Origin: Octopus vulgaris
Lineage: Eukaryota
Length of the DNA: 64,000 nucleotides
Reading direction: 5' to 3'
Assembly: GCA_951406725.2 (NCBI GenBank)
Contig: OX597836.1
Coordinates: 13,392,001 to 13,456,000 of the forward strand
Shown here: piece after piece, positions 13,381-28,323 of the stretch
Layout of the letters: every line of letters starts with the position of its first letter
How positions within the stretch are numbered: position 1 is the first letter of the stretch
The notes under the pieces: generated by a model
What the model saw: the letters and a program-made list of their open reading frames with translations, nothing else
The model's database searches: none
Told to the model about the DNA's origin: nothing
Translations under genes and position numbers: made by a program

Positions 13381-13843
13381 GTGGCTGTGTGGTAAGTAGC
13401 TTGCTAACTAACCACATGGTTCTGGGTTCAGTCCCACTGCGTGGCATCTTGGGCAAGTGTTTTCTGCTATAGCCCCGGACCGACCAATGCCTTGTGAGTG
13501 GATTTGGTAGACGGAAACTGAAAGAAGCCTGTCGTATATATGTATATATGTGTATATGTATGTATGTGTTTGTGTGTCTGTGTTTGTACCCCTAGCATGT
13601 CTTATGTGTGTGTGTGTATGTGTGTGTGTGTATGTTTCTGTATCTGTGTTTGTCCTACCAACATCGTTTGACAACCGATGCTGGTGTGTTTACGTCCCCG
13701 TCACTTAGCGGTTCTGGAAAAGAGACCGATAGAATAAGTACTGGGCTTACAAAGAATAAGTCCCGGGGTCGATTTGCTCGACTAAAGGTGGTGCTGCAGC
13801 ATGGCCGCAGTCAAATGCCTGAAACATGTAAAAGAGAAAAAGA
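13381..13843 (+). mobile_element. SINE family A with internal duplication
   Basis: Head, duplicated TGTGTTTGT segment, tail. Confidence 0.9.
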
Positions 13844-14401
13844 GAATATTTCTATTCACTAAACAGCGTCAAATGCATGAAATGTAGTAAAAAACCATGT
13901 CTGTCCCATTTTCGTCGTGAAATATTTTGGGGTATTTTCTTATTTCTTGTTTCCATTTCAGCCAGTAGCAAATTAATTCTATAAATATTGGATTGTCCGG
14001 TAAGTTCTTGCCGATTTTTAAAGGAAATATCATATGGAAGGACATATCTATCCATATATCTTTCAGTCTATATTTGTGCTTCACCCAGAACTTGGCAACC
14101 GCCGTTAGCTTATAGCTTATCGGATCTACTGTAGCTTATCGGATCAACAAACATTAAGACGGATAAATTAAGTACAATAAATATTGCTGTGGTTTAGTCC
14201 GCCTAAAAACATTCACAGAGATATCCCAGCATGGCCGCAGTCCATTGACTGAAACAAGTGAAATATAAAAGATAAGAAATTATAGCGAATGCTCACAGTC
14301 TATTGTGATACGTGAATAATAATGAATAAACAAGGTGCAACAACCTTGTCACACCTTTCTCTCCTAATACACGGGAGTGGAAAACGACGGTACTGGTGAA
14401 T

Positions 14402-14631
14402 GCGAGCTGGCAGAATCGTTAGCACGCCGGGCGAAATGCGTAGCCGTACTTCGTCTGCCGTTACGTTCTGAGTTCAAATTCCGCCGAGGTCGACTTTGCC
14501 TTTGATCCTTTCGGGGTCGATAAATTAAGTACCAGTTACGCACTGGGGTCGATCTAATCGACTTAATCCCTTTGTCTGTCCTTGTTTGTCCCCTCTATGT
14601 TTAGCCCCTTGTGGTTAGTAAAGAAATAGGT
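14402..14631 (+). mobile_element. SINE family B
   Basis: GCGAGCTGGCAGAATCGTTAGC...GTAAAGAAATAGGT. Confidence 0.9.
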
Positions 14632-14854
14632 ACTGATGCATGCCACCGCATTCAACTCGGTCTCTGTTTTACAAAGCCACAAGCTTACTTGATGAATTGC
14701 CTAATGCGCGATAATGCCGCTGGAGTATTGAGTCACGGTAATAGGATATCAACTGTACGAATAGCTGAATCATGACCACTGGGCCATTTGCATAACATAT
14801 AACCTGGGATAGAAATAATCTAATTTAGAAGAGGGCAAGACAAGAAATGACATT

Positions 14855-15099
14855 CTTTTGCTCTTTAACTCTTCTACTTGTTTCAGTCATTAGACTGCGG
14901 CCATGCTGGAGCACCGCTTTTTAGTCGAGCAAATCGACCCCAGGACTTATTCTTTGGAAGCCTAGTACTTATTCTATCGATGTCTTTTGCCGAACTGCTA
15001 AGCTACGGGGACGTAAACACACCAGCATCGGTTGTCAAACGATGTTGGTAGGACAAACACAGATACAGAAACATACACACACACACACACACAGATACC

Positions 15100-15143
<44 letters not shown>

Positions 15144-15298
15144 CGACGGGCTTCTTTCAGTTTCCGTCTACCAAATCCACTCACAAGACTTTGGTCGGCC
15201 CGAGGCTATAATAGAAGACACTTGCCCAAAGTACCACGCAGTGGGATTGAACCCAGAACCATGTGGTTGGTAAGCAAGCTACTTACAACACAACCACA
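14855..15298 (-). mobile_element. SINE family A
   Basis: Reverse-complement match, near full length. Confidence 0.9.
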
Positions 15299-15492
15299 TT
15301 ATATATTTGCTGACTCACTCGTTGAGCAGAGCAATGCAGCGGAAATGCATTGTGCACATAACTCAATGGTTCATGAATTGAAACTATGCCCTGCGAAGAA
15401 ATATAGGCCAGCTGCGAAATTTATAAATCATAACCGAGTTTACTACAGTTGTACACACCGTATACACGTGTACATACCTACTTCTATATATA

Positions 15493-15665
15493 TTGGGTTG
15501 TCCGGAAAGTTTGTGCCGATTTTTAAAGGAAAGAAAAAGGTCAATGAATACCTGCCATTACATTTTTAATCAACTAAATATGAACCATTTTGTTGCACAA
15601 TGCGTCTCCATCTTTCCTTTAACTTGAAAATACCCTCTTCCCAGAATTGAGGTTGTTTCATGGCA
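15493..15665 (-). mobile_element. mariner 3' end (TIR + transposase C-terminus)
   Basis: TA|TTGGGTTGTCCGGAAAGTTTGTGCCGATTTT mariner-like TIR; minus translation QPQFWEEGIFKLKERWRRIVQQNGSYLVD*; similar isolated TIR near 13986. Confidence 0.8.
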
Positions 15666-16110
15666 ATATTATACCTGGAGCGAAGGTGAAGAAAAGCACA
15701 ATAAGGAAAAAAATAATAAATAAATTAAAGAGAATTTGTTTCAAGGGAGACTACTTATACATGCATCTCTTTGCACAAGATTAAAAGGGGTAGTTCACTC
15801 CCTTTAAAACTTTTATATATATTTTTTAGCTTCTTATTTGTTTGTCGTTAGACTACGGCCATGATTGGGTACTCTCTCTCTCTCTCTCTCTTTTTTACTC
15901 TTTTACTTGTTTCAGTCATTTGACTGCGGCCATGCTGGAGCACCGCCTTTAGTCGAGCAACTCGACCCCGGGACTTATTCTTTTGCAAGCCCAGTTCTTA
16001 TTCTATCGTTCGCTGTTGCCGAACCGCTAAGTAACGGGGACATAAACACCAGCATCGGTTGTCAAGCAATACTAGGGGAACAAGCACAGACACACAAACA
16101 CACGCACATG

Positions 16111-16177
<67 letters not shown>

Positions 16178-17020
16178 CACACATATATATATATATTATA
16201 TATGTATGTAAATATATACCGGTACCAAGTGGCTGCAACTATATATATATATAAATATGTGTGTGTATGTGTGTATGTGTGTGTCCTCCACCATTGCATG
16301 ACAACCGATGTTGGTGTGTTTACGTCGGCATAACTTAGCGACTCGCCTAGAGACCGATACAATAAATGCCAGGCTTATAAAAAATTATACTGAGGTCGAT
16401 AGATTCGACAAAAATTCTTCAACGAGGTTCAGTCAAAAATTCTTCAACGGGTTCAGTCCCACTGCATGGCACCTTGGGCAAATGTCTTCTACTATAGCCT
16501 CGTGCCGACCAAAGCCTTGTGAGTGGATTTGGTAGACTAAAACTGAAAGAAGCCCGTCGTATATATGTATATATATATATGCGTGCGTGTGTTTGTGTGT
16601 CTGTGTTTGTTCCCCTAGTATTGCTTGACAACCGATGCTGGTGTGTTTATGTCCCCGTTACTTAGCGGTTCGGCAAAACAGACCGATAGAATAAGTACTG
16701 GGCTTGCAAAAGAATAAGTCCCGGGGTCGAGTTGCTCGACTAAAGGCGGTGCTCCAGCATGGCCGCAGTCAAATGACTGAAACAAGTAAAAGAGTAAAAA
16801 GAGAGAGTACCCAATCATAGCCGTGGTTTAACGACAAACAAATAAGAAGCTAAAAAATATATATATATATAAAAGTTTTAAAGGGAGTGAACTACCACTT
16901 TAATCTTGTGCAAAGAGATGCACGTATAAGTAGTCTCCCTTGAAAAATTCTCTTTAATTTATTTATTATTTTTTTCTTTATTGTTCTTTTCTTCACCTTC
17001 GCTCCAGGTACGATATTGTC
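15662..17020. repeat. Large inverted duplication (arms ~15662-16105 and ~16585-17020)
   Basis: About 210 bp of non-SINE sequence plus the SINE A 3' half is mirrored (e.g. TACCTGGAGCGAAGGTGAAGAAAAG vs CTTTTCTTCACCTTCGCTCCAGGTA). Confidence 0.92.
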
Positions 17021-17029
17021 GTTAGGCTT

Positions 17030-17381
17030 GTCAGTCAGTCACAGGTAGGTATTGATTCGTGTAATTGGGTAACAGGATGTGGCAGCGGCGGGAGGGAGGA
17101 GGGGCGAAGAAAGAAAGAAAGAAAGAATGAGAAACGAAAAGAAAAGAAAAGGAACGGGAAAGAGAAAAAAAAACAAGACTGTTGTCACACACAAACCAGC
17201 CATACCACTTCGTTTTCTGATAACGCTGATATACGATCGTGTGCAAAAAACAACCAACCACTCACTAAGCAACAGCGCTGAAGTTCTCAATGAACTTGGA
17301 AGGCTTCTCTGTGGTGTCTACCTAAACGGACTTCTTTTGGATTGCGTGTCCTGTTCGTCGCCTTTTTATTTTTCTACGCCT

Positions 17382-17422
<41 letters not shown>

Positions 17423-17560
17423 TGGAATGTACGCCGAGGCTTACTAAGATATCAAGTCACTCTCCCAAACTCTCAGACTCCCCCTCTCTCTCTCTCTCTT
17501 TCTGTCTCTCTCTCTCTCTCTCTCTATCCGTGTCCTGTCTCTCTTCTAGTCCCGACACAG
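17030..17560 (+). promoter_or_regulatory. Candidate promoter / non-coding first exon
   Basis: TE-free block with GC-box-like GCGGCGGGAGGGAGGAGGGGCG, TCAGTC motifs, (CT)n tract, strong donor CAG|GTAAGA at 17560/17561, retained (CG)n tracts just downstream. Confidence 0.4.
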
Positions 17561-17982
17561 GTAAGACATTCTAGTATATTCTACGTTTTGTTGTTCGTTA
17601 TTTTTGTACCTGTGTGTATGTCTGTATTTGTTTGTATATGTGTATGTGTGTTTGCGCGCGCGCGCGCGAATAAACATCGCGCGCGCGAATAAACATACAC
17701 GCGCGCGCGCGCAAATACACACACACACATACAAACTCACGCATCCGTATTGTTTTTTTTGTTTTGTAATTTCTTGTTTCTTTTTTTTGTTACGTTCATT
17801 TTTTTGTTACTTTACCACACCCACACCCGCCACTATAATTCAATGTGGCTGGTTATCCCCTATTTTTTTTTTCTTTTCTTCATTTTATCTTTAAAGACGG
17901 CGTGGTGTAATTTAAAGGGGACATTTCGCTGCTATTTCTAGTAGGGTCGTGCAATTACGTAGATGAGCTTTCGTTGACATGC

Positions 17983-17983
17983 G

Positions 17984-18031
<48 letters not shown>

Positions 18032-18109
18032 TTACTTGTAGTAGTAGTAGTAGTAATAGTAGTAGTAGTAGTAGTAGTAGTAGTTATGGTGATGGTGATA
18101 GTGGTGATA

Positions 18110-18141
<32 letters not shown>

Positions 18142-18174
18142 GTAGTAGTTATGGTGATGGTGATAGTGGTGATA

Positions 18175-18209
<35 letters not shown>

Positions 18210-18242
18210 GTAGTAGTTATGGTGATGGTGATAGTGGTGATA

Positions 18243-18274
<32 letters not shown>

Positions 18275-18332
18275 GTAGTAGTTATGGTGATGGTGATAGT
18301 GGTGATATAGTAGTAGTAGTAGTAGTAGTAGT
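17983..18332. repeat. (CTA)n/(TAG)n microsatellite with higher-order repeats
   Basis: TTATGGTGATGGTGATAGTGGTGATA block recurs four times among (GTA)n. Confidence 0.9.
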
Positions 18333-18480
18333 AACCTCGCCGCCTAGTTTGCTTTTGTCTTTCGTTGGTCAAGGGTCGATAAAATAAAGTGCCAGTCAAG
18401 TATTCTAGGGTCGATGTAAGCGACATGCCCCGTCCCCTCAAAAAATTGCTGGCCTTGTGCCAAAATTAGAAAGGATTATT

Positions 18481-18515
<35 letters not shown>

Positions 18516-18519
18516 CGAT

Positions 18520-18675
18520 TATCATTAATTCTATTTTCATATACACACAACAGATTAGAGTGTTAGAAAAAAAACAACCCTAACATCGGTCTACAACAAG
18601 TAACCTCAAATGCCAAGGACCCTCCTAAGTATCCTAGCTGTCCCTAATAACACTGTTTTCTGGAGCTGTACTAAA
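18520..18675 (-). mobile_element. 3' tip of an R4/Dong-type LINE
   Basis: Minus translation VQLQKTVLLGTARILRRVLGI*, then short 3'UTR and (GAT)n. Confidence 0.7.
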
Positions 18676-18854
18676 CTGGGTTTATGCCCATTTCCTCTAC
18701 CCATCCGTTCAGATCTTTAGGGGGTAGGTCCCAATGGCTAGGTCCTGGTACATTGCTATTTTTTTTTCTATATCTCGATGTAATTGACTTATCCTCTTTC
18801 CCTAAAACTTTTCAAGGCCTTCTGCCTGGAGTAGAAATAATAATAATAACAATG

Positions 18855-18923
<69 letters not shown>

Positions 18924-19477
18924 GCCCTGATGCAGTACCAGGCAGTGGCTCTCATGGCTTCTGATCTTAACTGATTGGAAGTGTTATCATGTACATTGTT
19001 TTGTCTTGGTATAAAAGATGGGCTACAGCAAATATTCTGCTCAATACCACAGATTTGCTTGTCAGTTGTTTGACCTTAACCAGTTGAGTATGCCCCTTAG
19101 TGGCTGACGATATGTGCATCTCTGATCACGAGCAGAAGTAGTGGGGAGCATCATAGCCATGTGTTGAGAGGGATTCTTTGGGGTTTGAATAATTCACCTC
19201 TGGAAAAATAGGTGTTTCGTTCAACGTCCTTAAACAACCCTTATTCAGGGACCTTTTGAGCGGGATGGGTTACTCGATCTGAAGAAAATTCTAACTGGGC
19301 TCCACCTGCAAGGTCATGTGCTGTTTATCTTGATATGAGATCACCATGTCGCGCACATATGGTTGTGATGCATGTGCCTGGTGTACCCTTATCAGACGGG
19401 TAGTCATGATGGGTATGCTGGGCTTAGTATAATTTACCCCAGTGTCACTTTGATGGCATGCTCTGCTCGCTCACTCA
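18924..19477 (+). mobile_element. Non-coding retroelement fragment inserted in a (TAA)n tract (Dong-like targeting)
   Basis: Complex ~550-bp block with (TAA)n directly on both sides; no long ORF. Confidence 0.5.
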
Positions 19478-19498
19478 ATAATAATAATAATAATAATA

Positions 19499-19581
<83 letters not shown>

Positions 19582-19582
<1 letters not shown>

Positions 19583-20054
19583 GGCGGCGAACTGGAAGTA
19601 TCGTTAGCACGCCGGGCAAAATGCTTCGTGGTATTTCGTCTGCCGTTACGTTCTGAGTTCAAATTCCGCCGAGGTCGACTTTGCTTTCCATCCTTTCAGG
19701 GTCGACAAAATTAGTACCAGTTACGCATTTGGGTCGATGTAATCGACTTAAACCCTTTCCCCCAAGTTTGAGGCCCTGTGCTTCCAGTAGAAATGATTAT
19801 TATTATTATTATTATTATTGTTGTTGTTGTTGCCGGTGAACTGGGAGAATCGTTAGCACATGGGGCAAAATGCTTAGCGGTATTTCGTCCGCCTTCACGC
19901 TCTGAGTTCAAATTCTGCCGGTCCCGACTTTGCCTGTCATCCTTGGTGGGGGTGGGGGTCAATAACTTAAGTACCAGTTGAGTACTGGGATCGATATAAT
20001 CGACTTTCCGCTCCGTCAAACGTCAGACCTTGTGCCGTGCCTCTATTAGAAAGG

Positions 20055-20055
<1 letters not shown>
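19582..20055 (+). mobile_element. Two SINE family B variant copies with (ATT)n tails
   Basis: Heads at ~19582 and ~19833; core GAGTTCAAATTC.GCCG.GTC. Confidence 0.85.
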
Positions 20056-20960
<905 letters not shown>

Positions 20961-21147
20961 CACTAGTAGTAGCAGCAACAGCAACATTTGTTCAACACTG
21001 CTTTGATACGAATCATCAAAGGTCTTCCAGCCGTGATCATCCTGTCTTTTACACGGATAGAATGAATCCAGGCCAACTTTACTTGCAGCCAATACTTGAT
21101 TTGTATGTGGGTTTGTTGTTGATGTTGTTGTTGTTGAAAGAAGCCTG

Positions 21148-21271
<124 letters not shown>

Positions 21272-21282
21272 TAGATATATAC

Positions 21283-21359
<77 letters not shown>

Positions 21360-21384
21360 TAGATATATATAGATATATAGATAT

Positions 21385-21436
<52 letters not shown>

Positions 21437-21823
21437 GAGGCGCAATGGCGGTTATGTTGCTATTACTATTAGTGTTGTTTTAAAGAAGTTATTCCGTTAT
21501 TCGACGTGACCTTCGGGTTTTAAAACGGTAGGCTGTGATTTGAGGGATATGTGGGTAACATTTCTAGTAGAGCGGTAGAACTCTTATTACTCAACCTCGT
21601 TTCTTTCTCCTGGCTGTGTGGCAAGAAACTTGTTTTCCAGCCAACATGGCTTCGGGTATATTCCCACTGTACAGCACCTTGATCAAGTGTCGTCTGCCTT
21701 GAATCGACCAAAGCCGTGTGAGTGCATTTGGCGGATGGAAAAATTGAAAGGAGCCCGACCTATGTACGTACGTATGTACGTATGTATGTATGTATGTATG
21801 TATGTATGTATGTATACACTTTA

Positions 21824-22214
21824 CTCTCTCTTTTACTTGCTTCAGTCATTTGACTGCGGCCATGCTGGAGCACCGCCTTTAGTCGAGCAAATCGACCCCA
21901 GGACTTATTCTTTGTAAGCCTAGTACTTATTCTATCGGTCTCTTTTGCCGAACCGCTAAGTTACGGGGACGTAAACACGCGTGCATCGGTTGTCAAGCGA
22001 TGTTAGGGGACAAACACAGACATACAAACACACACACATATATACATACATATACATATATACAACAGGCTTCTTTCAGTTTCCGTCTACCAAATCCACT
22101 CAGAAGGCTTTGGTCGGCCCGAGGCTATAGTAGTAGACACTTGCCCAAGGTGCCACGCAGTGGGACTGAACCCAGAACCATGTGGTTGGTAAACAAGCTA
22201 CATACCACACACCC
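21824..22214 (-). mobile_element. SINE family A
   Basis: Reverse-complement match; a diverged + strand head precedes it at ~21612-21760. Confidence 0.9.
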
Positions 22215-22826
22215 ACTCATGGATGTATGTTTTGTTTTTCATCCCGCAGGGTGTCCAATAAACACCCTCCTCACCTAGCAAGTTAGTGGGGTTGCCGGTT
22301 TAGTCGCCGATGGCCCGACCATGCAACAGGTTGTACTGGGTTACATGTTTATAGTACATGTATGTATGTATGTATGTATGTATGTATGTATGTATGTATG
22401 TATGTATGTATGTATGTATGTATGTATGTATGTATGTGTGTGTGTATGTATGTATGTATGTATGTATGTATGTGTGTATGTGTGTATGTATGTATGTATG
22501 TATGTATGTATGTATGTGTGTATGTGTGTATGTATGTATGTATGTATGTGTGTATGTGTGTATGTATGTATGTATGTATGTATGTATGTATGTATGTATG
22601 TGTGTATGTATGTATGTGTGTATGTACCGGGGACGTGGGGCCCCCAGATAGGCAAAGTAGGCTGTGTGTGTATGTATAAAATATATCGATAGCAACATTT
22701 TCCTTTTATGGCAAAATATGCACCTAATTCAATAAAATTATGAAGGTCAGTCTGATTACTATGCATAAAATATGCAAAATATTTTATACTTCGGCTCCTG
22801 CATATCAATCTGAGTATTTAAGCTAC

Positions 22827-22954
22827 TGTTGTGTGGACGCCCCCAGACGATAAAATAGGCTAGCCCAATATGTAGATATAGAGGGAGAAGTCTAGTCGTC
22901 AGAGAGAGCAGAGTAGAGCAGAGTAATAGAGGCATCCGAACGTGCGACATAACA
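22827..22954 (+). mobile_element. Solo LTR, 128 bp (Gypsy-type)
   Basis: TGTT...AACA termini; 5-bp TSD GCTAC (22822-22826, 22955-22959); homologous to LTR at 29752-30064. Confidence 0.85.
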
Positions 22955-23267
22955 GCTACGCATAGCACTCTTGTAGTACACATGCTGCGTACACTCCTAC
23001 AACACCGTTTTTTTTACGTGCTACAAAGGCAGAAGTAAATCTGCCTTCAACTCAGTAGCGCGTCTGTGTTTCGTTTATTTCTTTTTTGTGTGTGTTTTAC
23101 TACATAAAAGTCACCAACTGCCTACCCTGAGTAATTATTGACGACACGTGCCTGGTATGTATGTATGTATCTCACTGTGTGTGTGTGTATGTGTGTGTGT
23201 ATAAATATATATATATATATATTTACACTCACGCACACAAGCACCTACAGATGTATATATTTACACA

Positions 23268-23313
<46 letters not shown>

Positions 23314-23314
23314 T

Positions 23315-23381
<67 letters not shown>

Positions 23382-23675
23382 TATATACACAATACATGTT
23401 CATGCCTACATATATATGTATATATACATGCATATATGGGTACAGGACGCCAAAAGAACGTGAACAAAATTAGAAACAAGAACATAAAAAGCAAAAGCAT
23501 GGAAAACGAACTTTCTTTCGAACAACGAAAGAAACAAATAGAGAAATGAGACAGGCAACTTAAAGAAGAATCCGTTCATCAGTTTACCCCTGTTTTATCT
23601 ACGCTTTTCGAAGGTAGGGACAAGATGCGACTTCATTATAACAGTCCTTCCCGCAAAGCAAATTAAATAATATAT

Positions 23676-23890
23676 GGTCAGGGCAGCGCACTCGCAGTCG
23701 GAGGATCGCGGTTTCGATTCCTGGCAGGGGTGGTGGCGACCCCCGTTGTACTCTTTCGCCCCAACTTTCTCTCACTCTTTCTTCCTGTTTCTTGGGTTAA
23801 CGCAGCTGGGGGGGGGGGGGGGGCACACACATACGCCACAGAAACCGGGCCTATGAGCCTGGCTAGGCTTGAAAAGGGCGCATAAATAAT
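23676..23890 (+). mobile_element. SINE family C with a third tail type
   Basis: Family C head, then GCCACAGAAACCGGGCCTATGAGCCTGGCTAGGCTTGAAAAGGGCGC tail. Confidence 0.7.
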
Positions 23891-24225
23891 ACATATATAT
23901 GTGTGTGTGTCTGTGTATGTACATACATACATACATACATACGTACATACGAACTCGCTGCTCTAATTTCTTATCTACCCCTTCCCCTTCCTCGTCTCTC
24001 CCTGATATACTGACACGTGTCTCCCTCTACAATATCATGCTGACCCCGCACCGAGCCCCCCATTCTCCGTTACTCTATTTTTCTCTCATTCAAATGCGTT
24101 TCTCTCTTAATTTATTGTGAAGTTTTTGTACGACAAACGTAAATGTATGCATATGTTGACATTCACTTGATATATGGTTCATGTCAGTTTGTCCGTCCGT
24201 CCGTCTGTCCGTTCGACCGTCAGTC

Positions 24226-24940
<715 letters not shown>

Positions 24941-25019
24941 CTGGTATAGTTCGTTGTTGTAAATACGAAAATAATCAACGACGGAGTGCCGTGCATGTGT
25001 GTCCGATGTAAACAGAATC

Positions 25020-25336
25020 TTTTACTTGTGTCAGTGAGTGTGAGTGGACTGCAGCCGTACAAGGGCATTGCCTTGAAGGATTTGGTCGAAGAAATCAAAC
25101 CCAAGTACTTATTTCTAAGCCCGGTGCTTATCCTTTCGGCCTCTTTGCCGAACCGTCGCTATGTCACGTGGCCATAAACAAACCAGCACCGATCGTCAAG
25201 CGGTGGTGGGGACACACACAATGACAAAGACGCACACATACATACATAAATACATACATGCATGTATACATGCATGTATGTCTGTATGTATGTCTGTATG
25301 TATGTATGTATGTATGTATGTATGTATGCATGTATG

Positions 25337-25367
<31 letters not shown>

Positions 25368-26113
25368 GTATGTATGTATGTATATATGTATACTATGCAT
25401 GTATGCATGTGTGTATGTATGTATGTATGTATGTATGCATGCATGTATGTATGTATATATGTATACTATGTATGTATGTATGTATGCATGTATGTATGTA
25501 TGTATGTATGTATGTATGTATGTATGCATGTATGTATGTATGTATATATGTATACTATGTATGTATGTATGTATGTATGTATGTATGTATGCATGTATGT
25601 ATGTATGTATGTATACTATGTATGTATGTATGCATGTATGTATGTATGTATGTATGTATGTATGTATGTATGTATGTATGTATGCATGTATGTATGTATG
25701 TATGTATGTATGCATGTATGTATGTATGTATATATGTATACTATGTATGTATGTATGCATGCATGTATGTATGTATGTATATATGTATACTATGTATGTA
25801 TGTATGTATGCATGTATGTATGTATGTATGTATATATGTATACTATGTATGTATGTATGTATGTATGTATGTATGTATGTATGTATGTATGTATGTATGT
25901 ATGTATGTATGTATGTATGTATGTATGCATGCATGTATGTATGTATGTATATATGTATACTATGTATGTATGTATGTATGTATGTATGTATGTATGTATG
26001 TATGTATGTATGTATGTATGTATGTATGTATGTATGTATGTATGTATGTATGTATGTATGTATGTATGTATGTATGTATGTATGTATGTATATATGTATA
26101 CTATGTATGTATG

Positions 26114-26144
<31 letters not shown>

Positions 26145-26533
26145 GTATGTATGTATATATATGTATACTATGCATGTATGTATGTATGTATGTATGTATG
26201 TATGTATGTATGTATGTATGTATGTATGTATGTATGTATGTATGTATGTATGTATGTATGTATGTATGTATGTATGTATGTATGTATGTATGTACGTACG
26301 TATGTATGTATGTATGTATGTATGTATGTATACTATGTATGTATGTATGTATGTATGTATGTATGCATGTATGTATGTATGTATACTATGTATGTATGTA
26401 TGTATGTATGTATGTATATGTATACTATGTATGTATGCATGTATATATGCATGCATGCATGTATGTATATATGTATGTATGCATGCATGCATGTATGTAT
26501 ATATGTATGTATGTATGCATGCATGCATGTATG

Positions 26534-26564
<31 letters not shown>

Positions 26565-26990
26565 ATATGTATGTATGTACGGGTATGTATGTATGTATGT
26601 ATGAATGTATGTATGTACGTACGTACGTATGTATGTATGTATGTATGTATGTATGTATGTATGTATGTATGTATACTATGTATGTATGTATGTATGTATG
26701 TATGCATGTATGTATGTATGTATACTATGTATGTATGTATGTATGTATGTATGTATGTATGTATATATATGTATACTATGTATGTATGCATGTATTTATG
26801 CATGCATGCATGTATGTATATATGTATGTATGCATGCATGCATGTATGTATATATGTATGTATGTATGCATGCATGCATGTATGTATATATGTATGTATG
26901 TATGTATGTATACGACGGGGTTTCCACACAATTCGTGCTTAGCAGATTCCTTCACAAGGCTTTTGTCGGCACGGGGGGAACGTGAAATCA
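25020..26990 (-). mobile_element. Diverged SINE A whose internal microsatellite appears expanded to ~1.7 kb of (TATG)n
   Basis: Tail at 25020-25230, central domain TACGACGGGG...CACAAGGCTTT at 26911-26975, (TATG)n between. Confidence 0.75.
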
Positions 26991-27368
26991 CGTGGTTTCG
27001 TTTTAAAACGAAACCACGTGGATTCAAAGCGCTCTTACAAAGCAAACCGCCATTGCTTTATCACATTTCATTGCTTTATCACATTTCATTGCTTTATCAC
27101 ATTTCATTGCTTTATCACGTTGCTTGTCTGCGGTGTTTTTTTGATGACTTTTAAACTTTGTGGTTTCGTGTACGCGAAAATATGAAGAAAATTTGAACGA
27201 GTTAAATTTTGTGATTGTTATTTTCTTTTTGTAAGATATTTTAACTCTTGTTTGCACCACTCTTACACACCACATCAGTATGTATGTATGTATGTATGTA
27301 TGTATGTATGTATGTATGTATGTATGTATGTATGTATGTATGTATGTATATGTATGTATATGTATATG

Positions 27369-27418
<50 letters not shown>

Positions 27419-27493
27419 TATATACATATACATACATTCACACACACCCATATACATATATACATACATATGCATACATACATACATCCATAC

Positions 27494-27543
<50 letters not shown>

Positions 27544-27546
27544 GCA

Positions 27547-27590
<44 letters not shown>

Positions 27591-27614
27591 CATGCAATCA
27601 TATATATATATATA

Positions 27615-28126
27615 CTAGCAGTATCGCCCGGCGTTGCTCGGTTTGTAAGGGAAATAACTATATAAGCATTTTTAGAGAGTTACTTCCTTTATAGATGCCA
27701 ATTCGGGCTTTCTTAGCCATTTCTGTTTTGGTGTCTTCAAGCCAATAAGTCGTTGTTCTAAAAGAACGCTGGTCTCCTTGACAACGCTTTACGACGTTGA
27801 TTTCCTTACACTCCCTTCCCCACAGCTTCACGAGGGAGGGAAGAAGAAGGAGAAGCAAACAGGTGCAGGTGTGACCATGGACGCCAACTCCGCCGCCATC
27901 GACACACGAAAAATTATGCATTAAAATGGAATAAAAAATGATGTTAAATTATTTTTAAAATGGTAGACTCATCGTAGACGCGTGCTAATACTCAGACGGG
28001 CTCGATATGAATCACGACTATAAGATACCCGAATTTGGTTAAACTGCACCGCAAAATGTGGGAGTAGTTAGGAATCTAAATCGAAGGGGACAGACACTCA
28101 CACAACTACAGTTTTATATATATAGA
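27615..28126 (-). mobile_element. Non-autonomous Helitron, second subfamily
   Basis: A|TCTATATATATAAAAC...CGAGCAACGCCGGGCGATACTGCTAG|T. Confidence 0.8.
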
Positions 28127-28178
28127 TATATATATATACATACAATCTCTCTCTCTCTCTTTATATATATATATATAC

Positions 28179-28323
<145 letters not shown>

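Noticed and set aside
17079-17447. 122-aa ORF MAAAGGRRGEER...
   Set aside because: GTG start, built from a purine tract and (TA)n; better explained as promoter/UTR
25164-27154. Long ORFs of 450-630 aa (YVCM/HTYI repeats), also at 620-1406, 20037-20966, 22300-22808, 24143-24842, 41575-42936
   Set aside because: Translations of stop-free microsatellites
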